A model generated the notes under the pieces. The model worked only from the letters and a program-made list of their open reading frames with translations, made no database searches and was not told the origin of the DNA. From Candidatus Altimarinota bacterium (GTDB taxonomy: Bacteria; Patescibacteriota; Gracilibacteria; 1-14-2-50-48-13): 64,000 nucleotides of DNA. The position numbers were made by a program, and so were the translations under genes. This document shows positions 62,039-64,000 of the stretch, piece after piece. Each line of letters opens with the position of its first letter. Position 1 is the first letter of the stretch. The stretch covers positions 384,001 to 448,000 of the forward strand of contig JBKBWQ010000001.1 of assembly GCA_046314355.1 (NCBI GenBank). The letters are read 5' to 3'.

Positions 62039-63766
62039 ATGGCAGACCAGATAAAACAACTTCTCCTTAGAGATCTCACCGTCGGATTTAAAGACCAGCT
62101 TCTCTTTCAGAACCTATCCATCAAAATATCTGATACCGATAGACTCGGTATTGTGGGTATCAATGGTGCTGGTAAGTCCACATTCCTCAGGATCCTTCAA
62201 GGCATGCTCTCGCCTGTAGAAGGTCAGGTAGAAAAAACAGGTAATATTCAGACAGGCTATGTACAGCAGCTTCATGAAAATCTCACACATAGTGTCTGGG
62301 AAGAGCTTGAGACATGTTTTCAGAATCTCAAAGATATAGAAAAAGACATGTCTATTTTCGAAGACAAGATGGCCGCAGGAGATGTGAGTGAAGAAACTCT
62401 GCAGGGTTATTCTGATCTGCAGGAGCAGTATCAGCTGCTCGGAGGGTATCTGTATCAGAACTCTATTCACCAGGTACTCACAGGACTTCAGTTTCCAAAG
62501 GATCTCTGGCACGCCTCTCTTGATATCTTAAGCGGAGGACAGCGTACAAAAATATCTCTCGCCAAGATGATCCTGATAGAACCCGATATCCTCCTCCTCG
62601 ATGAGCCTACCAATTTCCTAGACTTGGATGCAGTAGAATGGCTGGAATATTATCTCAATGATAAATGGAAAAAAGGATTTATTATTGTCTCCCATGACCG
62701 TTACTTTTTGGACAAAGTTACAAAAGAAACTCTCGAAATGATACCGGAACGTACGCCTGAATATTACCCGGTACCTTATACGGACTACATCGCAGAACGT
62801 GAACGGCGTGAGAAACGGAAGCTCGATATGTATGAGCATCAGCAGACAGAGATCATGCGGCAGGAAGAGATCGTGCGCAGACTTCGAGCAGGATCCCGTG
62901 CAAGTATTGCTCAAAGCCGCATGAAGATGCTGGATAAGATAGAGCGCATAGATAAACCCGTGGAACTGAAGGAACCGTCTATTACCTTTAAGAAGGCTGA
63001 TCCGAGCGGTGACTCTGTCATTCGGTTTAAGGACGCTTTCATCGGTTATGATAAGGAGAACCCGCTCTACTATATAGGAGAACTCAGTCTTCAAAGAGGA
63101 CAGAAAGTAGCGATTATGGGACCAAATGGCTGTGGAAAGACTACACTCTTTCATACACTCATGAATGAGATAGAACCCCTCACAGGATTTTTATCCTACG
63201 GAAAAGATCTCAAGATCGGCTACTACGCACAGACTCTTGCGCATCTCAATCCAGCAAATTCTATTCTTGATGAAATATTTGAATTTGCAAAGGATATGAC
63301 ACGAGAGGAAGTACGGAGATTTATGGGGCGATTCTTATTTTCAGGAGATGAGATCTATAAAAAGATAGAAGTCTTAAGCGGAGGAGAAAGAGCCCGGGTA
63401 GCTCTCGCAAAACTTACTCTCTCCCCTACGAACGTACTGCTCCTTGATGAGCCAACCAATCACTTAGATTATCTTGCTCGTGAAGCTCTTGAAGAAGGAT
63501 TGAGAAATTATAAAGGTACTATTTTATTCATCTCCCATGATCGTTATTTCATAGATAAAATAGCAACACATCTCTGGATAGTGGATCCTGAGATTGGAGA
63601 ACTCAGAATGCAGTATGGAAACTACAGTGACTATCAAGAACGTAAGAATCGAGGTTCTTACAATTTTGAATCATGGGAACAGGAGGAAGGTGAACTTTTA
63701 GTCACAGAGATAGAAAAAGCCGGAGGCGAAGAGAACTGGAAGAAAAAGAAGAAGCGGAGTAAGTAA
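62039..63766 (+). CDS. ABC-F family ATPase
   Basis: Two ABC domains (GINGAGKST/LSGGQ/LLDEPTN/SHDRYF and GPNGCGKTT/LSGGE/LLDEPTN); no TM. Confidence 0.95.
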   Translation: MADQIKQLLLRDLTVGFKDQLLFQNLSIKISDTDRLGIVGINGAGKSTFLRILQGMLSPVEGQVEKTGNIQTGYVQQLHENLTHSVWEELETCFQNLKDIEKDMSIFEDKMAAGDVSEETLQGYSDLQEQYQLLGGYLYQNSIHQVLTGLQFPKDLWHASLDILSGGQRTKISLAKMILIEPDILLLDEPTNFLDLDAVEWLEYYLNDKWKKGFIIVSHDRYFLDKVTKETLEMIPERTPEYYPVPYTDYIAERERREKRKLDMYEHQQTEIMRQEEIVRRLRAGSRASIAQSRMKMLDKIERIDKPVELKEPSITFKKADPSGDSVIRFKDAFIGYDKENPLYYIGELSLQRGQKVAIMGPNGCGKTTLFHTLMNEIEPLTGFLSYGKDLKIGYYAQTLAHLNPANSILDEIFEFAKDMTREEVRRFMGRFLFSGDEIYKKIEVLSGGERARVALAKLTLSPTNVLLLDEPTNHLDYLAREALEEGLRNYKGTILFISHDRYFIDKIATHLWIVDPEIGELRMQYGNYSDYQERKNRGSYNFESWEQEEGELLVTEIEKAGGEENWKKKKKRSK

Positions 63767-63885
63767 CATCTCATTACAATTAATAACACATAAGAATTTT
63801 ACTAAAAGTAAATGTTCTTTATTTGTATTTGACAATAATGCTCATATCATGTAAATGAATTTCACTGAATTTTAACTATTTTGTG

Positions 63886-64000
63886 ATGAAGAATAAAAAC
63901 GAGCAGATGAAAGACCAGATAAGTGATGCAGAAAAAAGTGTATACCTTATCGACGACAGCGAAATTAATACAAAGCTTTTGAAGCAGATGATGGAATATT
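63886..64000 (+). CDS. Partial ORF, probable response-regulator receiver domain; runs off the window
   Basis: MKNKNEQMKDQISDAEKSVYLIDDSEINTKLLKQMMEY; LIDD..IN..LL is a typical receiver N-terminus. Confidence 0.5.
   Translation, partial: MKNKNEQMKDQISDAEKSVYLIDDSEINTKLLKQMMEY

Overview
This 64-kb window is AT-rich bacterial chromosome that translates cleanly with code 11. Six S-layer-homology (SLH) proteins, a PilB/GspE ATPase and many orphan genes suggest a CPR/Patescibacteria organism of the Peregrinibacteria/Gracilibacteria-like group (inference). Housekeeping genes include alaS, hisS, trpS, ligA, murE, rpsU, htpX, a partial uvrA-like gene, an ABC-F ATPase, tRNA-Ile2(CAT) and tRNA-fMet. 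The main accessory feature is a ~9.8-kb element (about 5613-15434) inserted at the CCA end of tRNA-Ile2 by a large serine recombinase. It carries a PARIS-like ATPase-TOPRIM fusion and an Avs2-like STAND NTPase. The attachment core lies inside the recombinase gene. In the integrated state the enzyme ends in 12 residues read from the tRNA antisense strand. An in-frame 49-codon alternative C-terminus sits at the far end of the island and would be joined on excision. Other highlights: a likely ECF-sigma-dependent small RNA, revealed by a duplicated AAAGTGAAAC-N16-TGTGTA promoter; a GC-rich switch-like RNA structure inside the island; a relic of a second recombinase; and a TMEM43 gene bracketed by ~90-bp inverted repeats. 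All family assignments come from motif recognition by eye, not database searches.
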